Assembly: GCA_963813155.1 (NCBI GenBank)
Contig: CAWEYG010000001.1
Coordinates: forward strand, 736,001 to 800,000
Origin: an uncultured Acidobacteriota bacterium
Lineage (GTDB): Bacteria; Acidobacteriota; Thermoanaerobaculia; UBA5066; DATFVB01
Direction of reading: 5' to 3'
Length of the DNA: 64,000 bases
Both the position numbers and the translations under genes were made by a program. Of the stretch, positions 55,474 through 64,000 are shown piece after piece. A model generated the notes under the pieces. The model worked only from the letters and a program-made list of their open reading frames with translations, did not search any database and was not told the origin of the DNA. Position 1 is the stretch's first letter; the number at the start of each line of letters is the position of its first letter.

Positions 55474-56687
55474 GGTTGCCGAACCGCGGAGAGCCACTCC
55501 GATTCGACCTTGAAAATGTCGGCGCCGAGATTGCCCAGCGAAGCGGCGGCGAGCGCGTCTCCGCTGCCCAGGTCCTTCACGAGACAGACGAGGGCCGACT
55601 GGCCGAATCGGCGAACCAGAAATTGCACGAATGAGAGAGAGAGGACGTAGGCTCGCCGCGCGCGGTCGCGATCCAGGCGCTGGTGAAAATCCCCGTCGGA
55701 GTCGAAGATCCACGACCCCTCGCGGGGCGCCACGGCGGCGGCGAGCGCCCGGTCCACCCGCCGCCCTTCGACGAACTGCGCGAGGCCCTCCTGGAGCCAC
55801 GCCGGAGCGCGATGGGCCCCCACCTCCTGCAGGAATGCGTGCGCGAGCTCGTGCGAAAGGAGCGCGAGGAACGCTTCCGAAACTCCCCCCGCCTCGTCGA
55901 GGGGCACGTGGATCTTGCCGTCGAAGAACCCGGCGACCCAGTCCGGCGTTTCCACGAGCCGAAAATAGCTCCGGTCGCGATAGAGAATCACGACCTGGGG
56001 GACCCGGAGGGGAACCATGAAGAAATCGGCCTGGGACGCGGCGTTCTGGCGGAGATACTGGTCGATCGCCTCGACCGAGGCGACGTCGATCGACGGATCG
56101 AAATAAAACTCGAACTCGTCCCCGGAGAAAAACCGCTGGCCGTGGCCGTACGCCCACTCGCGTCGAGTGTGCTCGATCTTCGCGTTGAGCGCGGCGTCGT
56201 TGGCCATGAGGCGGCGGGCCTGTTCCCAGGCCTCGAGCGCGTCGTCGAGACGCCCCCTCTTCTCGCACAGGTTCCCGATCTCTTCCCAGACCCGCCCGGC
56301 CCCTTCGACGCGCGCGGAGGAGTGCAGCGCCTGGTCGAGATAGAAGGCCGCGAACTCGAAGTCCCCGTTCCGCAGGTACGCGAGGGTCAGCCACGCGAGC
56401 GCGTCTCCATTCTCGGGATCGCGGGCCACGGCCTCCTCGAGCAACTCGATCGCGCGGGGCGCTTCGCCGCGCGAGAGAATCTGCGCTCCAATGCCCGTCA
56501 GCTCGCGCGACGCGTCGGCGGGAGCGGGCGGGTGACGGGAGGCATCGCTCGCGCGGAAAGCTTCCAGCCGCGATTCCGGCGTCCGAGGGCTCGACGGCGT
56601 CGCCGCCCGAGCGAGCGCGGTTGCGAACAGAACCGCAATCATCGCCGCAACCCGGAGCCGGCCGCGGCCGGAACCGACGAGAGTCAC
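55470..56687 (-). CDS. TPR + gluzincin (peptidase MA-like) protein
   Basis: TPR helices; W..GFFDGKI, LSHELAHAF (HExxH) and WLQEGLAQ. Confidence 0.85.
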   Translation of the reverse strand: MTLVGSGRGRLRVAAMIAVLFATALARAATPSSPRTPESRLEAFRASDASRHPPAPADASRELTGIGAQILSRGEAPRAIELLEEAVARDPENGDALAWLTLAYLRNGDFEFAAFYLDQALHSSARVEGAGRVWEEIGNLCEKRGRLDDALEAWEQARRLMANDAALNAKIEHTRREWAYGHGQRFFSGDEFEFYFDPSIDVASVEAIDQYLRQNAASQADFFMVPLRVPQVVILYRDRSYFRLVETPDWVAGFFDGKIHVPLDEAGGVSEAFLALLSHELAHAFLQEVGAHRAPAWLQEGLAQFVEGRRVDRALAAAVAPREGSWIFDSDGDFHQRLDRDRARRAYVLSLSFVQFLVRRFGQSALVCLVKDLGSGDALAAASLGNLGADIFKVESEWLSAVRQP

Positions 56688-58816
56688 GAAACTCGAAACT
56701 TCGTTTCGCTCTGGGAAGAGAGTCGCTCGCCGGCGGAATCCGAGATCCTGACCCGCAGGGAATACGCGCCTTCCGGAAGGCCGGCGGCGGAAAATTCGAG
56801 GAGAACCTTCGTCAGGCCGCGCGCGTCGGGAGCGCTCCGCCCGATCAACGTCACCTGCGCGGGGCTTCGGTCGCGGCCGTCGGAGCCGAGGACTTCCGCC
56901 GAGATCTGATACGGCGACTCGGCGGCGCCGGGTCGGCCATGGTAGAGGAAAACGCAGATGCGGGCGTGCCCGTCGCGCTCGAGCACGGGCGCGGGCGTCG
57001 GCGTCACGACTTCGCCGCCGATCTGGAAAGGTTCCGGGTCCGCGCCTCCCGCCGACGGGTCCCGCATGAAGAGCCCGCGCGCCGCCGTTTCGAGAAACAC
57101 GGGGGGCAGCACCTCGGGACCCGCGGCGCCGGGCGCGGTGATCGTGATCGGCACCACGCGAAACGCGAACAGTCCCGTCGTCTCGTCGCGGACGTAGACG
57201 CGGGCGCGATACGAGCCCGGCAGGGCGCGGCACGTGCCGTAGAAAGTGACGCCGCCGCGGGAACGGCCGCCGTCGCGCGACGGGTCGATCGTGGCCAACC
57301 GCGTGAAGTAATCCGTGAGCTTGCCGGTCTCGTCCGTCAGGTAAACGTAGATGCCGAGGCGCCGGACGCCGCCCGCGGCGCCCTTCGCGTCGATCGAGCC
57401 GGGCAGCCGCACGAAAATCGGAATCCGGCTGACCGGACCCTCCACGAGAGGGACCGCGAGCACGTCGATCGGGAAATCCCCCTTCGATTTTTCGTGGGTG
57501 ATCACGTCGGCCGCCGCGAGAGAACGCTCCAGCGGCGACAGCCGGCTGAACCCCCGCGTCTCGTAGTACCCGGCGCGCGCCGACACCCGAACGCCCTTCC
57601 GGCGGACCTTCACGCTGAGCTTGTGAAATTTCCCCTCCCCCAGGACTTTCTTCGGACTGTAGGAGAGCACATACGTGACGCTCGTCATCTCCTGGACGCG
57701 CCGCATCTGGGCGTCGAGATCGTTCGCGTGCTGGATCAATTCTCCACCCGTGCCGTTCGCGAAAGCGAACAAAGCGGCCTCTCCGCGCGCAGCCGCCGAA
57801 GACAGGCTGACGTCGCCGTCCGCCTTCAACCCGGCGATGTCGATCGCGTAGATCGCGCAGTCGGAACGCCGAAAGAGAGTCAGCGTGTCGTCGAGTTGAC
57901 GCTGCAGGGAATTGTTCGAATAGCGTTTGTCGACGTCGGTCAACCAGTAGAGGCCGTGAAACATCGCCTCGTTGTCGGAGGCCGCGTGCTCCACGCTCTG
58001 GTCGATGTTGCCGGTGAGAAGGCTTCCGTCGAAGCCGTCCGAAAAGTAGATGACGGTCTTGTGGCCTTCGATCGTGTCGAGCGCCGCCGCGAGCGAGCTC
58101 ATCTCCCCGAGGTGACGCGTCACGCGGCTGATCGAATATTGGTCGGCGTCCTTCTGAGCGGCGATCGACAGGGTCTTCATGGTGAGCGCGAACTCGGCGG
58201 CGTTGCCGGGCGCGTTGTCGGTGATCGTCGCCAGATCCTGTAAATAGGGGTTGCCGCCCGTGGGAAGGTCGAAGGCGAACTGAAGCGGGTCCCGAACCTG
58301 GTCCATCGCGCCGGGAAGCCCGACGTTCTTGATCGCGCTTTGAAGCTGCTTCCGGTCCGACGTGAAAGTGAGGAGCAGCCGGGCTCCGGTCTCGACCGAC
58401 GTGAACGCGACCGCGGCGAGATCCGACGGGGCCATCGCATTCACGACGAACCGCAGGGCGGCTTCGCGCGACCGCACGAGCTCCATCGGCTTCGCGAAAG
58501 ACAAATCGAAAAGGAGCACGAAATGGCGGCGGCCGGCCGCGGGCAGATCTTCGGGCAGGCCCGACCGTTCGGCCAGGCGGGAAAGGTCGACGACGTCGAC
58601 GGCCGTGACTTCCTGTTCCTTGCCTTCGTCCTCGATCGTGAAATCGGAGGCGGTCAGGCCTCGAACGGGCTTGCCGTCGCGTCCCGTCACATTCACGGGA
58701 ACTTCCACGAGCGAGACCGACGAGTATTCGCGGACCGTGTCGTCGGCCCGCCGGGCGATCGCCCATGCCGCGGCCAACGTCGAAAGAAGAGCGAAGATCC
58801 CAATCCTTTTCATCAT
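56684..58816 (-). CDS. Secreted VWA-domain protein (Acidobacterial VWFA type)
   Basis: LVEVPVNVT.RDGKPVRGLTASDF, KTVIYFSDGF, ANGTGG and YVLSYSP..GKFHKLSVKV..VSARAGYY. Confidence 0.85.
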   Translation of the reverse strand: MMKRIGIFALLSTLAAAWAIARRADDTVREYSSVSLVEVPVNVTGRDGKPVRGLTASDFTIEDEGKEQEVTAVDVVDLSRLAERSGLPEDLPAAGRRHFVLLFDLSFAKPMELVRSREAALRFVVNAMAPSDLAAVAFTSVETGARLLLTFTSDRKQLQSAIKNVGLPGAMDQVRDPLQFAFDLPTGGNPYLQDLATITDNAPGNAAEFALTMKTLSIAAQKDADQYSISRVTRHLGEMSSLAAALDTIEGHKTVIYFSDGFDGSLLTGNIDQSVEHAASDNEAMFHGLYWLTDVDKRYSNNSLQRQLDDTLTLFRRSDCAIYAIDIAGLKADGDVSLSSAAARGEAALFAFANGTGGELIQHANDLDAQMRRVQEMTSVTYVLSYSPKKVLGEGKFHKLSVKVRRKGVRVSARAGYYETRGFSRLSPLERSLAAADVITHEKSKGDFPIDVLAVPLVEGPVSRIPIFVRLPGSIDAKGAAGGVRRLGIYVYLTDETGKLTDYFTRLATIDPSRDGGRSRGGVTFYGTCRALPGSYRARVYVRDETTGLFAFRVVPITITAPGAAGPEVLPPVFLETAARGLFMRDPSAGGADPEPFQIGGEVVTPTPAPVLERDGHARICVFLYHGRPGAAESPYQISAEVLGSDGRDRSPAQVTLIGRSAPDARGLTKVLLEFSAAGLPEGAYSLRVRISDSAGERLSSQSETKFRVS

Positions 58817-58898
58817 GCCGGCGCCGCCTCGGGGGCTACCCATAATCTACACCTATTTCCGCCCGCGGTGCCGCGGACGAGACTTCTTTATCTCTTCC

Positions 58899-61019
58899 TC
58901 ATTTTCCGCCGACCGACCGGGCTCGCGCCAGCATCCGCTTCGCGTCCGCCGGGTCCCCCAGCACCTGGTACGCCTGAGCCGCGGCCTCGAGGGTGCGGGG
59001 CGTCGGCGAGCCCTGGATCATCTGCTCGAGGGTGGCGCGCGCCTGCGCTCCCTGCCCCTCGCTCGCGTAAAGGATTGCGAGTCCCGTCCATGCCCTCGGG
59101 TTGTTCGCGAAATAGCGAATCTCCTCCCGAAAGGCCTCTTCGGCGTCGCGATTGCGCCCCATCCGGGCCAGGATGTCCCCGCGGAAGGCCGCCACGTCGC
59201 TGATGGGACCCTGTCCGGCGGCGCGGCGGTCGGCTTCGATCGAATCGAGGATCTGCAGAGCTCCGGGCAGGTCCCCGCGGGCCCTCCGAACCTGGGCGAG
59301 GATGACGTCGGGCATGCGGCGGCTCCGGTAGCCCCCCTTCGCTTTCTCGGCCTCCTGCTCCGCGGCGTCGTATTTCTTCTGCGCCAGGTACACCGTCGCG
59401 AGCACCTGGTGCGCCTCCGCGGGGCCGTGAATCGCGATCGACCTTTCCGCGTACAGCGCGGCCTGCGACGTGTCGCCGAGCTCGAGATACTCGGTTGCGA
59501 AGCTGGCGAGAATGTTCGGGTCTCCCGGCTGGAGAGCGTCCTGACGGCGCAGCGCTTCGATCGCCTCGCGATTCTTTCCGAGCTTGTGCAGCGAATTCGC
59601 GAGCGCTCCCCACCCGTCGCTCATCTGCGGATGGCGCAGGAGGGTTTCCCGCAGGGCGGTCACGGCCTCCGCGTGCTTGCGCTCCGCGTCGAGCTTCATG
59701 GCGCTCTTGAGCTCGCGAATCTCCCCGATGTGGTCCCGCGGATCGGGAAGCGGCCCGGACGCGGCCGGCGCGCGCCCCGCGCCGAGGTAGCCCAGGGACG
59801 CGAGCTTCTGCACCTGCTCGGCGTCCGCGGCCCCTGGCGCCTGCTCGGGCCGGTCCATGGCCGTCAGCTCGTTGTGCATCGATCGAAACGCCGGGGGCAG
59901 TCCGGACGCGAGGTCGCGCCGCTCGCCCGGATCGGACACGAAGTCGAAGAGCTCGTCCCGGCCGCCGTGAATGTACTGGAACTGACTGTCCGTCAGCGAC
60001 GCGAGGTCGCTCCAGCCGAAATGGTACCGGGGGTAGAACGTCTCGCCGTAGATCCGGCGGACCGGACCGGACGAGAGCAACGAGCGGCCGGAAAGGCCGT
60101 CCGGTTTTCCGGTTCCGGTCAAATCGAGAATGGTCGGAGCGACGTCCACGAGGCCGACGGGCGCGTCGACCCGCTCACCGGCCCGGCGCTCCCGCGGGAG
60201 CTTCACGAGAAGCGGCACGTGCAGCTCCTCCCGGTAGAGCAGCAATCCGTGTTCGTCCTCGCCGTGATCGCCGAGACCCTCGCCGTGGTCGGCGAGCAGG
60301 ATGACGAGCGAAGGCGAGTACACGCCGCGCGCGCGAAGGAACCGGAAAAACTGGCCGACGACGTCGTCGGCGGTCGCAATCTCGCCGTCGTACGGCGAAG
60401 AAGCGTAGCGGGATTTGAACGGCTCCGGCGGATCGTACGGGGTGTGCGGCTCGTAGAGGTGGAGGAAGTAGAAGAACGGGGCGCTGTCGTGCGCGGCGAT
60501 CCACGCTTCGGCGATCTTCTCGCTCTCGTAGCCCGAGCGCTGGATCTCGCCGATCGACAGGGACGTCGAGCCCGTCACCATCTTGTCGTCGAAGTCGTCG
60601 AACCCCTGCGAAACGCCCGTCGCCGCCATGAGAACGACCGCGGACACCGCCGCGCCCGTCGAGTATCCACGCGCCTTCAGGAGAGTCGCGAGCGTCGCGT
60701 GCGAGGGGGAAAGGACGTACCCGAGGTTGTCGCGGACGCCGTTGCGGGGAGGCAGCAGCCCCGTGAGAAGCGACACGTGCGAGGGAAGGGTGAGCGGGAC
60801 GTGGCTGTACGCCTCGGAGAAGAGAATCGCGTCGCGCCGCAGCCCGTCGATCGCGGGCGTCGCGACCTTGCCGTACCCGTAGGCGGGCAGATGATCCGCG
60901 CGAAGCGTGTCGATCGAAATCAGGATGACCGACGGCTGCCGGCTCTCCCTCCGGCAGGCCGCGGACGCCCCGAGGAGCGCCGCGAGGACCGCGAGGGAGG
61001 CGATTGCCCGCGTCTTCAT
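58899..61019 (-). CDS. Sulfatase-like (alkaline phosphatase superfamily) + TPR lipoprotein
   Basis: Lipobox ASAAC; LISIDTLRADHL, PLTLPSH.SLLTG, HLYEPHTPY, ADHGEGL.DHGE and KLASLGY, then TPRs. Confidence 0.88.
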   Translation of the reverse strand: MKTRAIASLAVLAALLGASAACRRESRQPSVILISIDTLRADHLPAYGYGKVATPAIDGLRRDAILFSEAYSHVPLTLPSHVSLLTGLLPPRNGVRDNLGYVLSPSHATLATLLKARGYSTGAAVSAVVLMAATGVSQGFDDFDDKMVTGSTSLSIGEIQRSGYESEKIAEAWIAAHDSAPFFYFLHLYEPHTPYDPPEPFKSRYASSPYDGEIATADDVVGQFFRFLRARGVYSPSLVILLADHGEGLGDHGEDEHGLLLYREELHVPLLVKLPRERRAGERVDAPVGLVDVAPTILDLTGTGKPDGLSGRSLLSSGPVRRIYGETFYPRYHFGWSDLASLTDSQFQYIHGGRDELFDFVSDPGERRDLASGLPPAFRSMHNELTAMDRPEQAPGAADAEQVQKLASLGYLGAGRAPAASGPLPDPRDHIGEIRELKSAMKLDAERKHAEAVTALRETLLRHPQMSDGWGALANSLHKLGKNREAIEALRRQDALQPGDPNILASFATEYLELGDTSQAALYAERSIAIHGPAEAHQVLATVYLAQKKYDAAEQEAEKAKGGYRSRRMPDVILAQVRRARGDLPGALQILDSIEADRRAAGQGPISDVAAFRGDILARMGRNRDAEEAFREEIRYFANNPRAWTGLAILYASEGQGAQARATLEQMIQGSPTPRTLEAAAQAYQVLGDPADAKRMLARARSVGGK

Positions 61020-63082
61020 CGGCCGGCCCCGAAAAGCATCCGGCGCGTCTCGTTCGCCGCGGCGGCCGCTCGCGGGTTCGCGTTCGACCTCGCCATGTCG
61101 TCGAGCACCCGGAGAGATTCCTCCGGCCGCTTCTCGTCGTGGAGCAGCGCCGCGAGCCCGCGCCACGCGACGAGCGACGCGGGGAAGTCGTGAATCTCGC
61201 GGCGAAACGCCGCCTCGGCTTCCGCATATCGGCCCATGCGGTACAAGACGTCCCCGCGTTGAAATTCGACGCCGCTCATCGGCGGGACGCCCTCGCCCGC
61301 CCTCACGGTATCGAGCAGCGCGAGAGAACCGGCCAGGTCTCCCCGAGCTTTCTTCACGAGCGCGAGGACGACGCGCGGAAGGCGCCGGCCCTCGTTTCCG
61401 CGGAGCGCGGCGTTAGCCTCCGCTTCCGCGCCGTCGAGGTCCTTCGCGACGAACAGGACGTGCGCGAGAGTCACGTGCGTGGCCGGGGTGTCGGCCGCCG
61501 CGACCGCCTTCTCGGCGAAGGATTTCGCCTCGGCAACATCGCCCATCTCGAGGCACATGTTCGCGAACGAAATCAGGACGAACGGAGAGCCGGGGTTCAG
61601 GCGGTCGACTTCGTGCAGCGCCGCGAGAGCTTCGCGATCCCGCCCGCCCTGGTGGAGCATCGTCGCGAGCTGGGCCCAGGCGTCAGACATCTTCGGGTTC
61701 TGCTTCAGGAGCGCCCTCAGCGCGGAGACGCCCGCGTCGATTCCCCGCGTGTGCGAGAGCGCCACGGCGGCCTTCATCTCTTCGATCTCGCCGATATGGT
61801 CGCGCGGGTTCGGTAGATTCGCGGCGTCGGCCGGCGCCGCGCTCATCCCGATGTAGCCCAGCGCGGCGAGCTTCTTGAGTCTCTCCGGATCGGTCGTTCC
61901 CGGCTGTTGGGCCGGGCGGTCCATGCCGAGCAGCGCGTTCCGGAGGGCCCGGAAGCCCGCGGGAAGCGACGGCGCGAGGTCGCGCGCTTCCTGCGGGTCC
62001 GCGCGGTAGTCGTAGAACTCGTCTTTCGGGGCATGGATGTACTGGGCCGTCCCGGTCGAGAGAGACGCGAGCTCGCTCCATCCGTAGTGGAACCGGGGAT
62101 AGTACGTCTCGCTGTAGATCTCCCCTTCCGCCGGCGCGCCGGCGGCGAGCATCGCTTCGCCGGAGAGCTTCGTCTTCGGCGTCAGGCCGACGAGTTGAGC
62201 GACCGTGGGAAAGACGTCGACGAGCCCGACCGGCCTTCCCACCGTTTGTCCCCGGCGCCGATTCCCCGGAAGCTTGATGAAAAGCGGCACGTGCAGCTCT
62301 TCGCGGTACAGAAGCACTCCGTGCTCGTCTTCGCCGTGCTGACCGAGGCCCTCTCCGTGATCCGAGAGCAGAACGATCACGCTGCGATCGTACGCGCCAC
62401 TCTGTTTCAGGAACGAAACGAATTTGCCGACGATCGCGTCGGCCGTCGCGATCTCGCCGTCGTACGGCCGTTCGCGATACCGCTCCCGGAACGGCTCGGC
62501 CGGCTCGTACGGCGTGTGCGGCTCGTAGAGATGGAGAAAGAAGAAAAACGGACGTTCCGATTTTCCCGCGAGCCATTTCTCCGCGAGGGCCTCGGTCTCG
62601 AAGCCCGATCGCTGGATCTCGCCGATGGCCTCCCCGGGGGCAACCGATTCCATCGTGTCGTCGTAGAAATCGAATCCCGCGGCGATGCCGGTGCTTCGCG
62701 CGAGCACGACGCTCGAAACGGCGGCCCCCGTCGCGTAGCCGTTGCCCCGAAGGAGGCCCGGGAGGGTCTCGATCTCCGGGCGCAGCGTGAAACCGACGTT
62801 GTCGCGAATCCCGCTGCGGAACGGAAGCAGCCCGGTCAGGATCGTCGTGTGCGACGGCAGCGTCAGCGGAACGTGGCTGATCGCGTTGTCGAAGAGGACC
62901 GAGTCTCCCCGCAGCGAGTCGAGGGCCGGGGTCGCCACGTCCTTGTAGCCGTAGGCGGGAAGGTGATCCGCGCGAAGCGTGTCGATCGAGATCAGAACGA
63001 CCGGCGCGCCGGGAAACCGGTCCGAGCTCTTCCGGCAGCCCACGGCCGCCAGGATGGCGACGACCGCCAGAAGCCGCCTCAC
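61016..63082 (-). CDS. Sulfatase-like + TPR lipoprotein (second paralogue)
   Basis: Lipobox AAVGC; LISIDTLRADHL, PLTLPSHTTILTG, SDHGEGL and KLAALGY, then TPRs. Confidence 0.88.
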   Translation of the reverse strand: MRRLLAVVAILAAVGCRKSSDRFPGAPVVLISIDTLRADHLPAYGYKDVATPALDSLRGDSVLFDNAISHVPLTLPSHTTILTGLLPFRSGIRDNVGFTLRPEIETLPGLLRGNGYATGAAVSSVVLARSTGIAAGFDFYDDTMESVAPGEAIGEIQRSGFETEALAEKWLAGKSERPFFFFLHLYEPHTPYEPAEPFRERYRERPYDGEIATADAIVGKFVSFLKQSGAYDRSVIVLLSDHGEGLGQHGEDEHGVLLYREELHVPLFIKLPGNRRRGQTVGRPVGLVDVFPTVAQLVGLTPKTKLSGEAMLAAGAPAEGEIYSETYYPRFHYGWSELASLSTGTAQYIHAPKDEFYDYRADPQEARDLAPSLPAGFRALRNALLGMDRPAQQPGTTDPERLKKLAALGYIGMSAAPADAANLPNPRDHIGEIEEMKAAVALSHTRGIDAGVSALRALLKQNPKMSDAWAQLATMLHQGGRDREALAALHEVDRLNPGSPFVLISFANMCLEMGDVAEAKSFAEKAVAAADTPATHVTLAHVLFVAKDLDGAEAEANAALRGNEGRRLPRVVLALVKKARGDLAGSLALLDTVRAGEGVPPMSGVEFQRGDVLYRMGRYAEAEAAFRREIHDFPASLVAWRGLAALLHDEKRPEESLRVLDDMARSNANPRAAAAANETRRMLFGAGR

Positions 63083-64000
63083 GGCGACACTCCCGCGAGC
63101 AGCCGGCGCGCGCGCTCCAGCTCCGCTCCATAGCGCAAGGACGGCGCGCGCTCGACAAATTTCTCCAGGGCGTCGCGTTCGGTCGCCCGATCGCCCGAGC
63201 GGGCGGCGACGAGCGCGATGTTGTACAGCGCGTCGAACTGCTCGGGATCGAGGACGTACGCCTTCCTCCACGCGTCGATCGCGGCAGCTCCCCTTCCCGA
63301 GCGGTCCAGGGCGACGCCGTACGCGTTCCACGCCCTCGGGAGTTTCTCGTCGAGGGCGAACGCCTTCTCGAAAGCATCGATCGCCTCCCGCGTGCGGCCG
63401 GCCTGCAGCAGCGCGATCCCCATGTTCTGGTACGCCTCGCTGTTCTTCGGGTCCACCGCGAGCGCGCCGCGGAAGGCTTCGAGGGCCCCTGGCAGGTCGC
63501 CGCCGCTCGCCCGCGCGATCCCGAGCGAATTCCAGATCTCCGGGTCCGTCTTGTCGAGCAGCGGCTTCAGCAGAGCGACCGCGGCGGCCGGCTTTCCGTT
63601 CGAGGCTTCGAGCAGCGCCAGCCGGTTCGCGAGGGGCCGGCCGAGCACGCCGTGCTTTTTCGCCTCCTCGAGAGTCGCGATCGCGGAGCGGTCGTCGCCG
63701 GCCTGCGACTGGAGAAAAGAAAGGAAGTCGTAACCCACGCCCATGCTCGGACGCGCGCGGACGATCTCGATCGCCAGCGCGGACGCTTCCGCAAGCTGCT
63801 TTCGCTGGTAGAGATCCACGACCCGGTGAAGTTTCTGGTCGATCGGAAGGAGCGCCTTCGGATCGTCCTCCCGATCGTAGTGCTCCCGGGCGGGCGCGCT
63901 CCCGGCGAGGTATCCCAGGCTCGCGAGCTTCGCCGCCTCCTCGGAGCCGGGATCCTTCCGGGCCGCGCGCGAATCGGCCGGCAGGGCCCTCCGGAGGGAG
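63079..64000 (-). CDS. C-terminal part of a third sulfatase-like + TPR protein (5' part outside the window)
   Basis: Open frame to the window edge with EEAAKLASLGYLAG..DPK, followed by multiple TPRs. Confidence 0.75.
   Translation of the reverse strand, partial: SLRRALPADSRAARKDPGSEEAAKLASLGYLAGSAPAREHYDREDDPKALLPIDQKLHRVVDLYQRKQLAEASALAIEIVRARPSMGVGYDFLSFLQSQAGDDRSAIATLEEAKKHGVLGRPLANRLALLEASNGKPAAAVALLKPLLDKTDPEIWNSLGIARASGGDLPGALEAFRGALAVDPKNSEAYQNMGIALLQAGRTREAIDAFEKAFALDEKLPRAWNAYGVALDRSGRGAAAIDAWRKAYVLDPEQFDALYNIALVAARSGDRATERDALEKFVERAPSLRYGAELERARRLLAGVSP

Noticed and set aside
58362-61193. Long alternative-frame ORFs (for example 58362-61193+, 20333-22465+, 345-1943+, 28509-30362+)
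   Set aside because: Arg/Pro/Ala-rich shadow frames overlapping motif-supported genes, as expected in high-GC DNA.
1-64000. CRISPR array or rRNA
   Set aside because: No regularly spaced short repeats and no rRNA-like sequence seen.

Overview
High-GC bacterial chromosomal window. The Acidobacterial-type VWA proteins, sulfatase-TPR lipoproteins, an ADOP-like permease fragment and characteristic secreted-protein motifs suggest Acidobacteriota, probably Thermoanaerobaculia (inference). Housekeeping genes include purL (partial), pyrK-pyrD-pyrF, dusB, a family-5 UDG, an M16 peptidase pair, SDRs, two ABC transporter operons and two tRNA-Ser(GCT). The outstanding feature is a 17.6-kb locus (7224-24858) with 11 intact, diverged paralogues of an approximately 410-420 aa QueC-like PP-loop protein. 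Each has an SGGxDS-type loop, a GSHPLLDP motif, a C-x9/11-CGxCxKC cluster and a basic C-terminal tail. They are arranged 7+3+1, with two oppositely oriented AsnB-like glutamine amidotransferases between the blocks, and both AsnB genes share a duplicated bidirectional promoter with the paralogue next to them. No substrate genes are visible, so the function is unknown. Other notable items: two convergent tRNA-Ser(GCT) genes with duplicated promoters flanking 3.4 kb of gene fragments, a palindromic element flanked by a 26-bp direct repeat of a stop/start junction, bridging micro-ORFs, a pentein-fold protein with a non-canonical motif, and tandem Thr-type sulfatase-TPR lipoproteins. All calls come from motif recognition by eye; no database searches were run.
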